A stretch of 64,000 nucleotides of DNA from Mobula hypostoma (GCF_963921235.1 NC_086097.1:158784001-158848000); one strand, 5' to 3'; numbered from the stretch's first letter, positions 12,137 to 26,425 are shown. Notes: generated from the letters alone by a model not told the origin. A program made the numbers and translations.

Positions 12137-14549
12137 GCTCCTTAGCTCCATAACTCAGTAACAACATTCATGAGTACTGCTGGCTAACTGTTGTATTCCA
12201 TGTAAGCTGCTATAACATCTGAAATACTACAGAGACTTGGTCAATCTTTGATATTTCCGGTGTTTCAATAAACTCAGTCAGGGTATCTGACAGCCTAGTA
12301 AAGGAGCAGGGTACTAATAAACATTTTTCTTTCATTTATCGACAACTGACAAGATCATCCCAAACTAAATTTCATTTGACAGGGTGGTGGTGAGTCACTG
12401 CCTTGAACTGCTGCACTCTCTTGTATTTAAACCCAGCAAAGATAGAGTTACAGCATCATAAAACACTGAAATTTATTCTCTCTCATCACATGCCAACATT
12501 CTGTTTTCTATCTAAACCAATTACATTTTCCTCCATTAGGTCCACATCCTCCTATACCCGGCCAAGTCTGTATTTGATTCCACCACCTCCTCTGCAGCAT
12601 GATCCAGGTATCAACCAGTCTCTATGCAAAAAAACAGATTCTCCCTCCTATCAGTCATCTGAACCCCATGTTTTTGATGCTCCTGTGATGGAGGAGATGA
12701 AGGAGCAGTGATAGCTTTCCAATCCACGATAGCGTGTGAGTTAGAAAGGACGTTAGAGAAGATGCACCTGCTCCCCTTTACTTTCCAGGTGATTGCAATG
12801 GGAAGGTTGGAGGGTGTTGGTGAGTTGCTGCAATTACTTTTGTGGGTGCAGCTATGGTGGAAGGGGTGAATCAAGAGCTTTTTTTTTTCTTGGAGCTTTA
12901 TCCTGCAGTCTCTGAAAATTGTTTAAGTTCCCTTGAAAATGTTCAGAGTAAGTCAAGAAGTTTGCCCAGTACCCCCAAAATGGACTTAAGCAAATAAGCA
13001 ACCATTCATTTTCTTCCTATGGACCTGCAATATTTCCAGTTCACTCTCATCGTCCATTTCATCCATAGGGATCCAACTTTACTCAAGGATATCAAAAAAC
13101 GTTTAAATAACATATAATTCTCTGGTTAAGATTTCTACTGCTTGGTTGTGAGATATTTTTATTTAGCAGTTTTCTGCAAAAGGAATGTGTCTTGTTAATA
13201 AGAATGTTTTGGCTTCAGCTAAATTTTATGGAGCCATGTTGTCCAACTTAGGAATCTTATGTCAGCCAGTCAGGATTGTCTTGATATGTGTGGTAGCTTT
13301 CTGCCAGTGAGATGCGATGGCAAATTTAAGAGGGCTGGGCTGGATCAGATTTCTGAAGGACAGTAGTCTGGTTTGATATCTTTTGGTGCAGGAGTGGGGG
13401 TGCTGCAGACTGCTGTTCAAAGGAGAGACCCAATTGTAAGGAGTATTTTATGCTGATGAACGGCTCCAATGAGGAAGGGCCAATACTCCTGAGAGAGCCA
13501 ATTTGTTTGAAATGGTCTTCGAGGGAAACTCAGACTGTGGAAGGTGCCTTCTTGCAGACTGTGGGTTCAACACATAAGGAAAGCAATACACCTGACTACT
13601 CCAGAAATGAGCTGCAACGTTCATGTGCACATTTAGACTGATTTAACTGTACTGGGTTCTTCTAATTTTCTTTTTCTATAACTATACGTTAAAGTTGGAA
13701 ATTTGGTAAGTATGCAGGTTTTTTTGTAACTTTATGCTGCTATATGTTATCTCTTAATTTTCTGATGAACAATATCTTTGCATAGAGCAACACTTACACA
13801 GCATTCACTACTATTGAACGTTATGTAATGAGCATTCTAACTTTCCTGCTCGGTTAAACGCAAATCATACCCACCCTAGATATTTATTGCTGATGAAAGG
13901 TGGCCTTCTCACTGCTGAGTCACATGGCTGTTAGCAGAGCCATGTGAACTAACGAGTTCAGTAATGAGCCAAGTTTGTATACAAGCCCTGGTAACAGGGT
14001 TGCAAATGTAATCGGCATAAAAAGATAGAATGAAACCCAAAATATCTGGTATATTCTCTTCTCCAAACTACCATGAGTTTATTTTTCCATGAATGTTATT
14101 CATTGAGAGAGCTTTCTGATTGCACTTCAGTTGACTCATTGTTGGAATTATTCTTGTTCCTAGGCATATTGTGTTTGTCCAGCTAAGTGGCACTACTAAC
14201 AGTGATTCACTTGACAAGATTCATTGCCAAGCCAGTAAGAGTGAGCCCTTTTCAGGCACTTACTAATTTTCAGCTGCACAAGATCCAACTCTGCTGATTG
14301 CATGGGAAATCACCCCTGAATTACCAGTGCTGACTCTGCTGGCAACCCGGGATGAATACTTGATGTAGGCTGCAGGAAAATTTCAGGAGTTGGCGCTGTG
14401 AAATTCTACATTTCAAAATCAAGTGTGATATTTTGTACAATTAGTAGACACAGATGTATCGTCGTAAATCGTTCAGTGGGAGATTGTGTTATCACTCTCT
14501 CTACCAGCTCAAACATTTTAATGATAAAGGAAACAATTCAACTGATGAA

Positions 14550-14695
14550 AGTGTTCTGATGAAGGGTTTTTGGCCCAAAACAGCAACTGATGATTCATTT
14601 CCATTGATGCTGCCTGATTTGCTGAGTTCCTCCAGCATTTTGTCTGTGTATTTCTCTGGATTTCCAGCATCTGCAGAATCTCTTGTGTTTATGAA
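14550..14695 (+). mobile_element. Penelope terminal repeat fragment (decayed hammerhead)
   Basis: ctgatgaagggttttggcccaaaac...tttccagcatctgcagaatctcttgtgttt. Confidence 0.65.
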
Positions 14696-15461
14696 TTAAA
14701 CTCTTCCTGCTTGTTTTGAGATTAATTCCAACAATTTACAGATCTGATATATTGCTTTGCTCCCAAATGAATTCCTTTTTCCTAACTTTCTTCCATGGAT
14801 TATTTTTTTGAATAATGCTAGCTGTTTAGCACCACCCGTCAGATGTTGCACTAGCTGTGCCTCATTCTGTTACATATAGATCTCTGTGCCACACTTGCTG
14901 CACTGGATCGGTTTGGGCTGTTGCATCCCTGAATCCCCAAATGCTGGATGCTATAAACAATCATGCATGTTACCGTCAATGCACAACTAATGAAAGTAAG
15001 AACTTCCCAATAGGAATGACAAAACCAAGAAAAGAAAATAAAAACTTCAGTGGATAAAAGTAGAAAGAAATGAGAGAATAATCAAAGAAAATATGTTGTC
15101 TTTACCCTTCAACTAATCAATTCTTGAACCGACAGACAAAACCCTAAACACTCCAGTTTAGCAACACTATGAACACACTGATCACTTTGCATTGAAGTGG
15201 ACATCTTTTACTCTGTTTTTTTCTTGTAAAAATTATGTTAATTTATTTAAAATTTTTGTTTTCCTTTTGAATATTGCTTATATGAAGCTATGTGCCTGTG
15301 ATGTTTCTGCTGTTAAGTTTTTCATTATACCTGTGCATAATGTACTTGTGTGTGTGACGATAAACTTGACTTTGATGTTGACAAACAGAATAAGCCACAA
15401 GGTGTTTCATCATGAGCCAATAAGATGAAAACCTTTTGTCACATACAGCAAACATGTGTGT

Positions 15462-15810
15462 TAGAATCATAGAAAAGCACAGCACAGAAGACCCTTCTGC
15501 CCATCTAGTCTGTGCCGAGCAACTTAAGTTGCCTACTTCCATCGACCTGCACCAGGATCATAGCCCTCCATACCACTACCATCCATGTACCTATCCAAGT
15601 TCCTCATAAATGTTGAAATCGAGCTCGCATGCACCACTTGCACTGGCAGCTCGTTCCACACTCTCATGACTCTCTGAGTGAAGAAATTTTCCTCATTTTC
15701 CCCTTAAACTTCTCACCTTTCACCCTAAGCCCATGACCTCTAGTTGTAGTCTCACCCAACCTCAGTGGAAAAAGCCTGCTTGTATTTCCCTTGTCTATAC
15801 CCCTCATTGT
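15462..15810 (-). mobile_element. CR1 LINE 3' end fragment
   Basis: tagaatcatagaaaagcacagcacaga tail followed by the reverse of the FFTQRV..WNELP region. Confidence 0.7.
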
Positions 15811-16534
15811 AGTGTACTTCATAAATCTGCCTCACTCCTCTGGGCCTCGAGTGCATAGATTCCCAAAAAAAAACAGTTTATGGACCCATGCTTACCTTGG
15901 CCCCATGCCCAATTCTTCTGATTATTCTCTTTTCTTCAACAACATTGTTAATGGTAACTGTGTCAAGTGGCCTTTCTCCAGTGTAGAGCACCAAGAGTGA
16001 GAAAGCTTGGGTTTGTAGCTCATTAAACAAAAATGTAGACATTGCCCATCCACTTTTGAGCAATGGTAGCCAATATGAATGGAAACCTGTATAGCTGTCT
16101 TCTTCCTTGTGGGTTGATCTAGCCAGCATAACTTAGTCAGTGCCAGAAAGGCAGAGCAATTACACCAACTGAACTACAGAGGGAGTGCTTGCACTCTTGA
16201 CATGGAGCTCATTATTCCTCCTGGAATAAAACATCTGGCACAGGCATTAACTTGTACAGCACTAGTTGCTTCAGCAGTGGACAATTAAAGATTTACTTAC
16301 CATGGAAGAAAACACAATACAGACTGTTTTGGTGCTTTTTCATACTTAACTACTTCCTAGCATGAGTCACTGTTGTGCTTTTGACGCATTTTCAGTATCA
16401 GATGTACAAAATGACATTATATCTCTTGCAATAATGATTTTCAAGTTTCCTTCAGAATAACTTATTACTGGCAATTTCTGTGACAAATAGACTTCAGTAG
16501 TGCACACTGAGCTGGGACCAAGCTACAATTCCAT

Positions 16535-16825
16535 TGTGGCACAGCAGCATAATGGTTGGCATAACACTTTACAGTACCAGCAATCCAGGCTCAATTCCCA
16601 CTATTTTCTGTAAGGAGTTTTCACACTCACCCTATGACTGTATGGGTTTCCTCCACCACTCTCTTTTCATCCCAAATTCGACAAACGTACTGGTTGTAGG
16701 TTAATTGGTCATTGTAAATTGTCCCATGATTAGGCTAGGCTTAAATCGAAGGTTATGGTGTTGTGGCTCAAAGGGGCACAAGGGCCTATTCCAGGCTGTA
16801 CCTCAATAGATAAATACATTAAATA
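16535..16825 (+). mobile_element. tRNA-derived V-SINE (HE1-like)
   Basis: tRNA-like head, V-domain-like gggtttcctcc...ggttaattggtcattgtaaattgtccc, and an AT-rich tail; near copy at 52285-52568. Confidence 0.65.
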
Positions 16826-17314
16826 ATTCCTCTTTGTCCTTTGGACACCTATCTCACCTGCTAAAAGTCACGCCAGTATCCAGTCCCCCTCATCGGCCCT
16901 GTCAACGGTACAGTCCCTGATCTAACCTGACAACTTTCAACTACATCAGGCAGTTCACTGGTGGCCCCTGGCCCAGTTAGGTTCAAGGACTCCAATCCTT
17001 GTTATTTACCGGATCCCTAGAACTTAATTGATCTCTGACCCCAGGCTTCGAGCGGGGTTCACAACAGCTCCTTTCACCTCTGATCATTTCAGTATATGCT
17101 GTCTGTGAAAAATGGACATGATTAGAGTCACCCTAATGAATTACTGAATTCACACTACAGTCTTAGTTAGGGAAAAAATGGAAAACAGAGGTTTGTTGTT
17201 TAACTCTTCATGTAATAAACAGGAAGGTATTAAGTTACACATATGATAAACAGAGTTAATTATGCATTTTTGCTGTTTTAAGCTTAGAGTGGCATTGAAG
17301 GTGTTTAAAGATAT

Positions 17315-19460
17315 TAAGACCATAAGACAAAGGAGCAGAATTAGGCCATTCAGCAAATCAAGTCTGTTCCGCCATTTCATCATGGCTGATCCTGGATCCC
17401 ACTCAACCCCATACATCTGCATTCTCACCATATCCTTTGATCCCCTGACTGACCAGGAAACTCAACTTCCACCTTAAAAAAAACCACGGACTTGGCCTCC
17501 ACTGTGGTCTGTGGCAGAGCATTCCACAGATTCATTACTCTCTGGCTGAAAAAAGTTCCTCCTTACCTCTGTTCTAAAAGGTCACCCCTCAATTTTGAGG
17601 CTGTGCCCTCTAGTTTTGGATAACTCCACCATAGAAAGCATCCTGTCCACATCCACCCTATCTAGTTGTTTCAATATTTGGTAAGTTTCAAATGAGATCC
17701 CCCCACATTCTTCTAATTTCCAGTGAGTACAGGTCCAAAGCTGCCAAACGCTCCTCATATGTTAAACCCTTCATTCCCGGAATCATCCTCATAAACCTCC
17801 TCTGGACTCTCTCCAATGACAACACATCCCTTCTGAGATGTGGGGCCCAAAACTGCTGACGATACTCCAACTACGGCCTGACTAATGTCTCATAAAGGTT
17901 CAGCATTATCTCCTTATTTTTATATTCTATTCCCCTTGATATAAATGCCAACATTGCATTTGCCTTCTTTACCACAGTCTCAACCTGTAAATTAACCTTC
18001 TAGGAGTCTTACACGAGGATTCCTAAGTCCTTCTGCACCTCTGATGTTTGAAGCTTCTCCCCATTTAGATAATAGTCTACACTATTGTTGCTTTTACCAA
18101 AATGCATTATCATACATTTTGCAACACTGTATCACTAATGGCTAATGGGAATCTGCCAGTTTTTGCCCATTCTTCCAATTTGTCAAAGTCCTGCTGCAAT
18201 CACATTGCTTCCTCAGCAATACCTACCCCACCACTTATCTTCATATCATCCACAAATTTTGTCACAAAGCCATCAATTCCATTATCCAAATCATTGACAA
18301 GTAATGTGAAAAGTAGTGATCCCTGAGGAACACAACTAGACACTGGCAGCCAACCAGAAAAGGCCTCCTTTGTTCCTACGCGGTGCCTCCTGCCTGTCGG
18401 CCATTCTTCTATCCATGCCAGTATCCTTTCTGTAATGTCGTAGTATTTTATCTTGTTAAGCAGCCTCATGTTTGGCTCCTTATCAAATGCCTTCTGAAAA
18501 TCCAAGTAAATGACGTCCACTGATTCCCCTTTGTCCACCCTGCTTGTTAATTCCTCAAAGAACTCGAACTGATTTGTCAGGCAAGATTTCCCTTCACAGA
18601 AACTATGATAACTTTGACTTATTTTATCATTGGTCTTCGAGTACCCCAAAACCTCATCCTTAATAATAGACTTCAACACTTTCCCAACCACTAAGGTTAG
18701 GCTAACTGGGCTATAATTTCCTTTTTTTTTGCCTTTCTCCCTTCTTAAAGAGTGGAGCAACATTTGCAATCTTCCAGTCCTCCAGGAATTAAGTGGTTCT
18801 TGAAAGATCATGACCAATTCATCAGTTATTTCTCTCAGCACTCTGAGATGTAGTCATCTGGTCCATGGTTTTTCAGTTTGCCTAGCACTTTTTCCCTTGT
18901 AATAGCAATGACACTCTCTCCTGCTCCTTGGCACTCACGGACTTCTGGTACACTGCTAGTGTCTTCCACAGTGAAGACTGATGCAAAGTACCCATTAAAT
19001 TCATCTGCCATTTCTTTGTTCCCCATTACTACCTCACCAGCATCATTTTCCAGTTGTCCAAATACTGTATCAACTCCCTTTTACTCTTTATATAACTGAA
19101 AAAACATCTAGTATCCTGTTTTATGTTACTAGCTAGTATTTCACCTTTTCCCTTCTTATAGCCTTTTTTAGTAGCCTTTTTTAGATTTTAAAAGCTTCCC
19201 AATCATCCAACTTTCCACTCACTTTTGCTACCAAATTTGCCTTTTCCTTGGCTTTTATGCAGTCCTTAACTTCCCTTGTCAGCCACAGTTGCCTACCCCT
19301 GCCATTTGAGAACTACTTTTTTTGTGGGACGTATCTATCCTGCGTCTTGTGAACAATTCCCAAAAACTTCAACCATCTCTGCACTGCCGTCATCCCCGCC
19401 AGTATCCTCCTCCAACCCACCTGATCAAAATCCTCTCTCATGCCTCTGTAATTCCCTTTA
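17315..19460 (-). mobile_element. CR1 LINE (second subfamily), 5'-truncated
   Basis: NYSPVSLTLVVGKVLKSII, GKSCLTNQFEFFEE, YLDFQKAFDK, KFVDDMKISG, QFWAPHLRRDVLSLERVQRRF. Confidence 0.9.
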
Positions 19461-19639
19461 TATAATCAAGTCAAACTATGAAATGTCACCATCTATTTCA
19501 GACATATACTTTGAGTAGCAAATGCTTCACGTCACCCACCTTAGCTGGAGTAGTAAAACTGGCAGGTTTTACAAGTGCAGATATTGTGAGGGGATTGGCG
19601 TCGAGTTTTGGAGCAGAATCTGAAGCAGCTACAGAGGTT

Positions 19640-19805
19640 CTGTAGCAAAATAAAATGAACTGCTGGAGGAAGCCACTGTGTCGGGCAGCACCCATGGAGG
19701 GGAATGTGCAGTCGATGTTTCTGGTAAAGACCTTCATCTGAACTGACCCACTGAATAGCTTCTTTTGTTTTCAATCCAGATTACAGCATCTGTATTCTCT
19801 TGTGC
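19640..19805. mobile_element. Penelope terminal-repeat-derived fragment
   Basis: ctgctggaggaagc...agtcgatgtttctggtaaagaccttcatctgaact (decayed minus-strand hammerhead), then cagcatctgtattctcttgtg. Confidence 0.5.
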
Positions 19806-19999
19806 ATACAGGGAGTCTGCAGTTCATTTTATTTGCCATTAACCTACAGCAGGGGATAACTTCAAGTTGGAAATTAATCTACCAGTATTTTCAGAGATAT
19901 GGGAGGAAATGGAGTTTTTTGCTTTTTTTTCACTGACTAAAATAATTCATTTCCAGCCTTGGATCGGCTGGCACCTTCAATCAGTTTGTTGAAGCAAAT

Positions 20000-20952
20000 A
20001 ATCACCATTGTGACTACTGGTGTTCCACAGGGATCTGTACTGGACCTCTGCCGTTTCTGATGTATATAAATGACCTGGATCATATTGTACATTGGTGGGT
20101 TAGTGAGTTTTCAGATATTACAAAGATTCATGGTGGTGTGGATAGCACAGAAGACTGGCAAAGGATATAGTGGATTATAGATCATTTGCAGATATGGGTG
20201 GTGAAATGGCAGATAGAGTTTAACCTGGCCAAATGTGAACTGTTGCACTTGTTAAGTCAAATATAAAGAGAAATACACTGTTAAGGGCAAGACCCTTAGC
20301 AGTGTTGATGAGCAGAGGGATTTTGGGTTCTAAGTTCATAACTCTCTGAAAGTGGCTACACAGGTTGATAGGATGGTTAACAAGGCAGATGGAATGCTTG
20401 CCTTTACTAGTCGAGGCATAGAGTCACCCCAGACTCTGGGGAGGATGCAGAAGAGGTTTACCAGGATGTTGTCTGGATTAGAGGGCATGTGCTATAACGA
20501 GAGTTTGGACAAACTTGGGTTGTTTTCTCTGGAATGCAGAGACTGAGGGGAGATCTGATAAAGGTTTATGGGATTGTGAGAGGTATAGATAGAGCAGACA
20601 GATAGTATCTTTTTCTGAAATTTGGTATGTCTAATACCAGTGGACATGCACTTAAAGTAAGAGGGGGTACGTTCAAAGGAGCAGTGAGGGGCAAGTATTT
20701 TACATAGAGAGTAGTGGTGCCTGGAATGTGCTGCCTGGAGGTGTGGTGGATTTAGATACTTTAGGGACTTTTAAGGGATGCCTAGATAGGCACAAGAATG
20801 TGAGGGAAATGGTAGGATATGACCATTGTATAGACAGAAGGGATAAGTTTATTTGGCCATTTGATCATTAATTTAATTGGTTTGGCACAACATTGTGGAC
20901 CAAAAGGCCTGTCCCTGTGCTGTACTGTTCTAAGTTCTATGTCCTGTGTTCT
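20000..20952 (+). mobile_element. CR1 LINE 3' fragment
   Basis: TGVPQGSVLDL...YINDLD and MQKRFTRMLSGLEGMCYNESLDKLGLFSLE; tail ctgttctaagttctatgt. Confidence 0.85.
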
Positions 20953-21165
20953 AAATGAGAGATTGAGTGTGCGGAGCCTAATATTCAGTTCTTGCCATAA
21001 GTAAGTCTGATTTATACGCCCATGACTTATGGAACTATACCATTAAATCTACTAGATAATTGTCTTATTGAACAGAAGACACTCAGAATCCTCATGGAGA
21101 TATTCATCACTGTGATTCTTGAGAAACCAGTCATGTTAAATGTGAAATCACAACTGTCAATGAAT

Positions 21166-21295
21166 CCTGACAAAGGGTCTCGGCATGAAACGTTGACTGC
21201 ACCTCTTCCTAGAGATGCTGCCTGGCCTGCTGCGTTCACCAGCAACTTTGATGTGTGTTGCTTGAATTTCTAGCATCTGCAGAATTCCTGTTGTT
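21166..21295 (+). mobile_element. 130-bp Penelope terminal-repeat insertion starting at the hammerhead core
   Basis: TSD TGTCAATGAAT/TGTCAATAAAT at 21155-21165 and 21296-21306. Core reads CTGACAA (G8 mutated)...GAAACGTTGACT. Confidence 0.75.
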
Positions 21296-21449
21296 TGTCA
21301 ATAAATTCATTTTGTTCATAAATAATACAATGTATGCTGCGTGGAAGTTTTAGCTTGTCAATTTGGCAGTCTTAACAGTATCTGTTGCATGGTTCTATCT
21401 GTATTTATGTTTAAAACTTCGATATTTAATGGAATTCTCCTTATTGCAG

Positions 21450-21638
21450 ATTGCCGAGAATCCCTTTACAGAAGTTAGTGATGAAGATGAGTTCCTTGGC
21501 AGAGGCCACAGTAAATGGCAGGCCACAGCTGAACCTTCAGATCGTGGGCAGGCCCAGAGCCAGGCTTTCCTTTCAGAGGTCACAGAGGATGAAGTTGAAT
21601 CGATAAAACAACGAGAGGAGGCATTATTGCAGATTGAG
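21450..21638 (+). CDS. TSNARE1: TSNARE1 internal coding exon (linker and start of SNARE motif)
   Basis: Acceptor ttattgcag|ATT and donor GAG|gtaaga; 189 nt, phase 0/0. Encodes IAENPFTEVSDEDEFLG...QAFLSEVTEDEVESIKQREEALLQIE, matching recalled TSNARE1 (PFAELADDE...[26 protein letters not shown]) better than STX7/STX12. Confidence 0.88.
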
Positions 21639-22729
21639 GTAAGATATTGCAAGTGGGACCATTGATCATCACTGGTGATTGCAAGGTTTAGATTTATTGA
21701 TTGATGTACCTGTGTCTAATGTCAGTCTGAACAATTAATAGGAAGAGGACATGGGTTGTTGCACTAGCATTTAACCATTTCTGCTTGGTGGGTACTGTAT
21801 TTCATGAATGACAGCATTACCTAAAGTAATTTCCTCAATTCCAGTCAGTATAATTCCAATTCTGATTTTAATCAGCTCTTCTGAGTGATTAGCAAATGTT
21901 CCTATAGATCTCTACTTGCAATTTTAACTCTGGCCTGAATGGAATAGTAATTGTGCCTTTGTCTAATCTGAAAATTTAGTGAGAAGGTCTGAATCATTTA
22001 TGTCTCTCCTCCCCTTCCCAACATTAAGACCCATCTGAAAGCTCCCCTTAATAACTTGCCTCCTACTGCAAATTGTTTCTTTGGTGATACAGCCTCCTAA
22101 CCTAACCAGGCCTCTCTTCAAACCCGTCTGGCTTTACAGCCAGTTGAATCCCCCCAGTGTTTTGGCTGGTGATATCACACTTTTAAAAGCATCTGCATTT
22201 CCTACTGTCCATTTCAGGCATGTTTGTCGCTCACTCCTTTCCCTGACAACCTGAATAATTTCACCAGTTTAAACAGCCCCTTCAGTTTATGGTTTACTAT
22301 GTAAATCCCTTGTCACTTCAGGCTGAATCAAATATAAATAGCAACTGTGTACATGAATAGCTCCCTCTTGGAAATTCAAACCATACATATCATTCTTGCC
22401 AATTTTCCCAAGTATATTCTGTGCATTCAAGGCCCTTATACAGGAACAGGATTTATCTGGAGAGCTGACACCAGAAATAAGAATGCAAGGCTACATGTTC
22501 TACTGCACAGAGAGCATGTCATTGATTACTTGCACAAGGACCAAACACGGGCAAATAGGACTAATTCTCACTCAGTGACAGCAAAATATAGGAGCTGATT
22601 ATCAACTACAGGAGGAAGAAGCCAGCGGGCCATGAGCTAGTCCTCTTTAAGGGATTAGAGGCAGAGAGGGTCAGCATGGACCAGATGAGTGAAGGGCCTG
22701 TTTCAGTGTTGTATGATTCTGAGTCTAAG

Positions 22730-22971
22730 AACACAATAAAGTCTGCAGATGCTGGAAATCCAAGGCAACACACACACAATGCTGGAGGAACTCATCCCAG
22801 GCAGCATCTATGGAAAAGAGTAAACTGTCAACGTTTTGGCCTGAGACCCTTCATCAGGACTGCAAAGAGCTGATGAAGGTTCTTGGCCCAAAAAGTCAAT
22901 TGCTTGCTCTTTTCCACAGATGCTGCCTAGCCTGCTGAGTTTCTCTAGCATTTTATGTGTGTTGCTCTATA
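22730..22971. mobile_element. Fold-back mini-element of two inverted Penelope terminal repeats
   Basis: TSD AGTCTAAG at 22722-22729 and 22972-22979. The arms meet at cttcatcaggact-gcaaag-agctgatgaagg. Confidence 0.75.
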
Positions 22972-23736
22972 AGTCTAAGTATGGTTTTAAGCAATTTGCT
23001 TAGTGTTCATTCCAATACCCATATCCCTGCAGATGTCTTTCAGGCACCAGTCTTTTGTTCTGTTTTCTGTCAGCTCTGACTCTATCAACCTATTTTTCCC
23101 TTCCCTGATGCCTCTCCATCCTTCAATGCCCTTAACCCCACATTCAGTACCTCTACCACCCTGCATGTGATGTACAGTAAACCTGTGTTCATTCACTGAC
23201 TTTGCAATGCTATCCAAGGGTTTTCTATTGATCGTGACACTGTGGACTTTGTGAATGATGAAATTTGGCTGTCAGTGACCTCGCACAATGCAATATCTAG
23301 TGCCAGTATAATACATCTTAAGGCACAAAAATATTTCTGGGGCATATAGCTCTTTCCATGTATTTATCAAGATTTCAGGGTTCAGTATCAGGTTCACTGA
23401 ATACAAAACTTGAATCAGGCAGAAATTAAGCTGAAGTGTCTAGGTTCACGATGAACATTTGCTGTCAGCTATTTAAATATCATTTCTGATCTTTTGTGCT
23501 TCAGCTGCAAAGCTTTGACAATAATCAGAGTAGACACACTGAGTTCCTTTAGTCTGCAGTACATGGTCTAAGCATGATTACAATGTCACCGCACGGAGCG
23601 GAGATAGTTCTCCCCTAAATATCCTTGACAACAGCCTGGTTAAGTATAAGGAGAACATCATTATATCTTTGCTTCTTTAGTGTGCAGTGCTTTTTGAAGT
23701 TTAATGTCATTCTTGTGTTGCCAGCTTTCTTTCTCT

Positions 23737-25310
23737 CAAAGGTTTAGTGAACATTTATTGTCAAAGTGTATATATAGCATACAACCCTGAGGTGCTTCTT
23801 CCCACAGACAGCAAAAAAACAAAGTAACACTATGGAACACATTCAAAGAAAACATCAAACACCCTACACTGGAGGGAGATTGGATGGAAAAACTTGATAA
23901 GATATTTTATTGCACCCTCTCAGAAATCCCATTGTGATAGTAACCTCCCTGTTTGCTGGAGAAATTGTGGAAATCAAAATGCAAACTATTATCATATTTT
24001 CTGGGATTGCCCCATTATCATAGACTATTGGAGTGGGACACACAATGCCCTACAAGACATTTTTAAATGTGAAATACCCTTAGAAAATAAGACCATATAT
24101 TTTGGGTATGTACCTCAAGAATGGTTGAAAAGAGATAAATATTTAATGAATATACTGCTGGTGGCTGGTAAAAAGACACTTACCAGGAAATGGTTATCAC
24201 AGGAGAGCCAAAATTTAAATGCATAGATGGAAATTACAATGGACATTTACAAAATGGAGAAGATAATGGAATCTGTTAATCATAAGCTGGAACAATTTGA
24301 TTCATACTGGGAAAAATGGTTCAATTACATAACACCTCATAGGCCTAAATTTATTCTCACAAATCAATGAATATGTTGTAAAAAGAAGATCACTCCCCAC
24401 TTGTACGTAGTTTTCTCCTTTTGCTTGTTCTTTCTTTTCCCCTCTTTTCTATAGGTGTATACCACAGATAAATATTATGTGAAGATTCATGGCAAATATG
24501 ATTATATGATATATATGTACAATATCTGAAATACATCTGATGGAAATGTTTGTTTGATGATGAACTTCAATAAAAAATAAATTACAAGGAAAAGAGAATA
24601 AATCACGTAAATAACAAAATACGAGCACAAAACACACAAAACATAAAACATTGAAACGCAGAGTCCATAAATCAGTCTAGAATATTCAGTTTAGTGCAGT
24701 TCAGTTCTATTTTTTATTGACTGCAGTCCATAGTGCCGGCCCACCCTGATTAAAATCACACAAAATAACAAAAATAAAGGAGAAACCAGAAACCAGAAAC
24801 ACATATAACATGAACTGCAGAGTCCAATTCACAAACCACATCAATTAAACCTTGCCCAAAACCAAAGACTCCAGCACCATGCTCCGGCAGCAGCGGATGA
24901 AAGGGAAAGAGAGATCGATGAAACGCAGGCACCATCCTCCGGCAGCCAAGAGCAAGAGGGAGAGAGAGAGACCGGTCGCATGCAGGCAGACAGCCCTGAA
25001 TACCTGCTTGCCTTCCATTCTCATCCTAATTGCTTTCAATCTTGCTCGACACTTTGATTGGCTAGAAATGTCGTCAATCATGGGCTCCAAATTTCTTGGT
25101 CTCCAGGGGCCAAACCACACCGAACTCCCTTGCAGATAACAAAGCACTAGAGTGCTCAATCGGCCTGAAAACACACCATAAAAATGTAAATCACCGGTTT
25201 CAATCGATGCAGCTTAGTAGTAGAGTCATATCTGAAAGAAAAAGCAGTATAAATAGTAGTTTCATGAAGGATGTCATCGATGTTCACATCATACGCTGGT
25301 GCCATCTTCT
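23737..25310 (-). mobile_element. Non-coding SINE-like element with Rex1-like tail, interrupted by an L1 fragment
   Basis: Left end caaaggtttagtgaacatttattgtcaaagt...tacaaccctgag; right end ggtgccatcttct. Confidence 0.5.
23868..24590 (+). mobile_element. L1/Tx1-type LINE 3' fragment
   Basis: ORF2 C-terminal Cys/His motif CWRNCGNQNANYYHIFWDCP, followed by a 3' UTR ending caataaaaaataaattacaa. Confidence 0.85.
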
Positions 25311-25553
25311 TCATATCTCTTTTAAGCATTAAGCTAAGCCACCACCTGCAACCTTTGATCACATCTGTCAATGGTCATACCATTGTTAATTTCTTAAGCA
25401 GAGAACTGAACTCAGGTTGATCAGTAATTTTAACCTTAATAGTTGTGGTCCCTTGCCAATGGTTGTTGCATTTTGCAATATTATAATGGTTACTGATTTT
25501 TAAAAGTATCCCTCTGACGGTGGATGCTTCCGTAAAGCATGTTGCATATCTAG

Positions 25554-26425
25554 TGTTACATGCTCAAGGAGATCGTTTTGTGAGAATGATATAATGGTCT
25601 TTTGAAGGTCACCTGATGTGATTTTCCTGCCAATGTGAGGTCACGTGATGACATGTGCCCCCGTGACTATATAAGGGTCAACTCAGGTGACGCAGTAGGT
25701 TATTGAGTTTGTAGATTTCCAGGTAGAATGTGTTGTGCCTCCGTTTCTGTTGCGTGTTTGTTTTTGGGATGCAGTTTCATTTTTAAAACGGAAGGTGCGT
25801 TCTCTTACAAGATATGGCATTTGGACTGGAAATTTGTGGCTGGAAGTGCCAACTTACTCAATTCCGACAGTTTTGAAGGGAGAGTGAAGAATTCATCGAA
25901 GTGAAGGATCGAGAGAAGTCGGCATCGTTTGGGCAGTTTGATAAAGGATCGACCTTATTGAGTCTTCGTTGAAGAGAAGCTGCATTAAGATAATTCTTGC
26001 AATAGCGCAATGAGTTCATGCACAAAGGCTCTCTCTCTAAAAGGAATTTAAGGTCAGTTGATTTAAACTGTTCATTTTCGGCATTGGGAATCTTGTGGAC
26101 AGAACCGGCAGTAAAAGTGCATCTGTGAAGAAATCCTTCTCCAGAGAAGTCTCTCCCAATTGAATGTGTAAAACTGTTGGACTTTTGAAGTTATTGCTTT
26201 AAGAACTATAGCTGACTGTATCACTTCAAGAACTGTTTTCGCATTTAACGCTTTAAGAACCAGAGCTGAGTGGAGTTGATGAACGACTGCGTACCTGTTT
26301 AACCTCCGGTTAAAGTTTTCCTTTGTGTTTTTTTTTCCCTTATCGCTTATATGTGTTTAATAAATGTTTGGTTGTTTTCATAAAACCTGTCTCGATTAAT
26401 ATTCATTGTTGCCGGTTACATAACA
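25554..26425 (+). mobile_element. Solo LTR (872 bp)
   Basis: TGTTA...TAACA termini, 4-bp TSD CTAG (25550-25553 and 26426-26429), TATATAA at 25668, AATAAA at 26359. Confidence 0.8.

Noticed and set aside
13193..13996. Possible second solo LTR (TGTTA...TAACA)
   Set aside because: No matching TSD (gtct versus gggt) and no clear poly(A) signal; cannot be supported without a repeat library.
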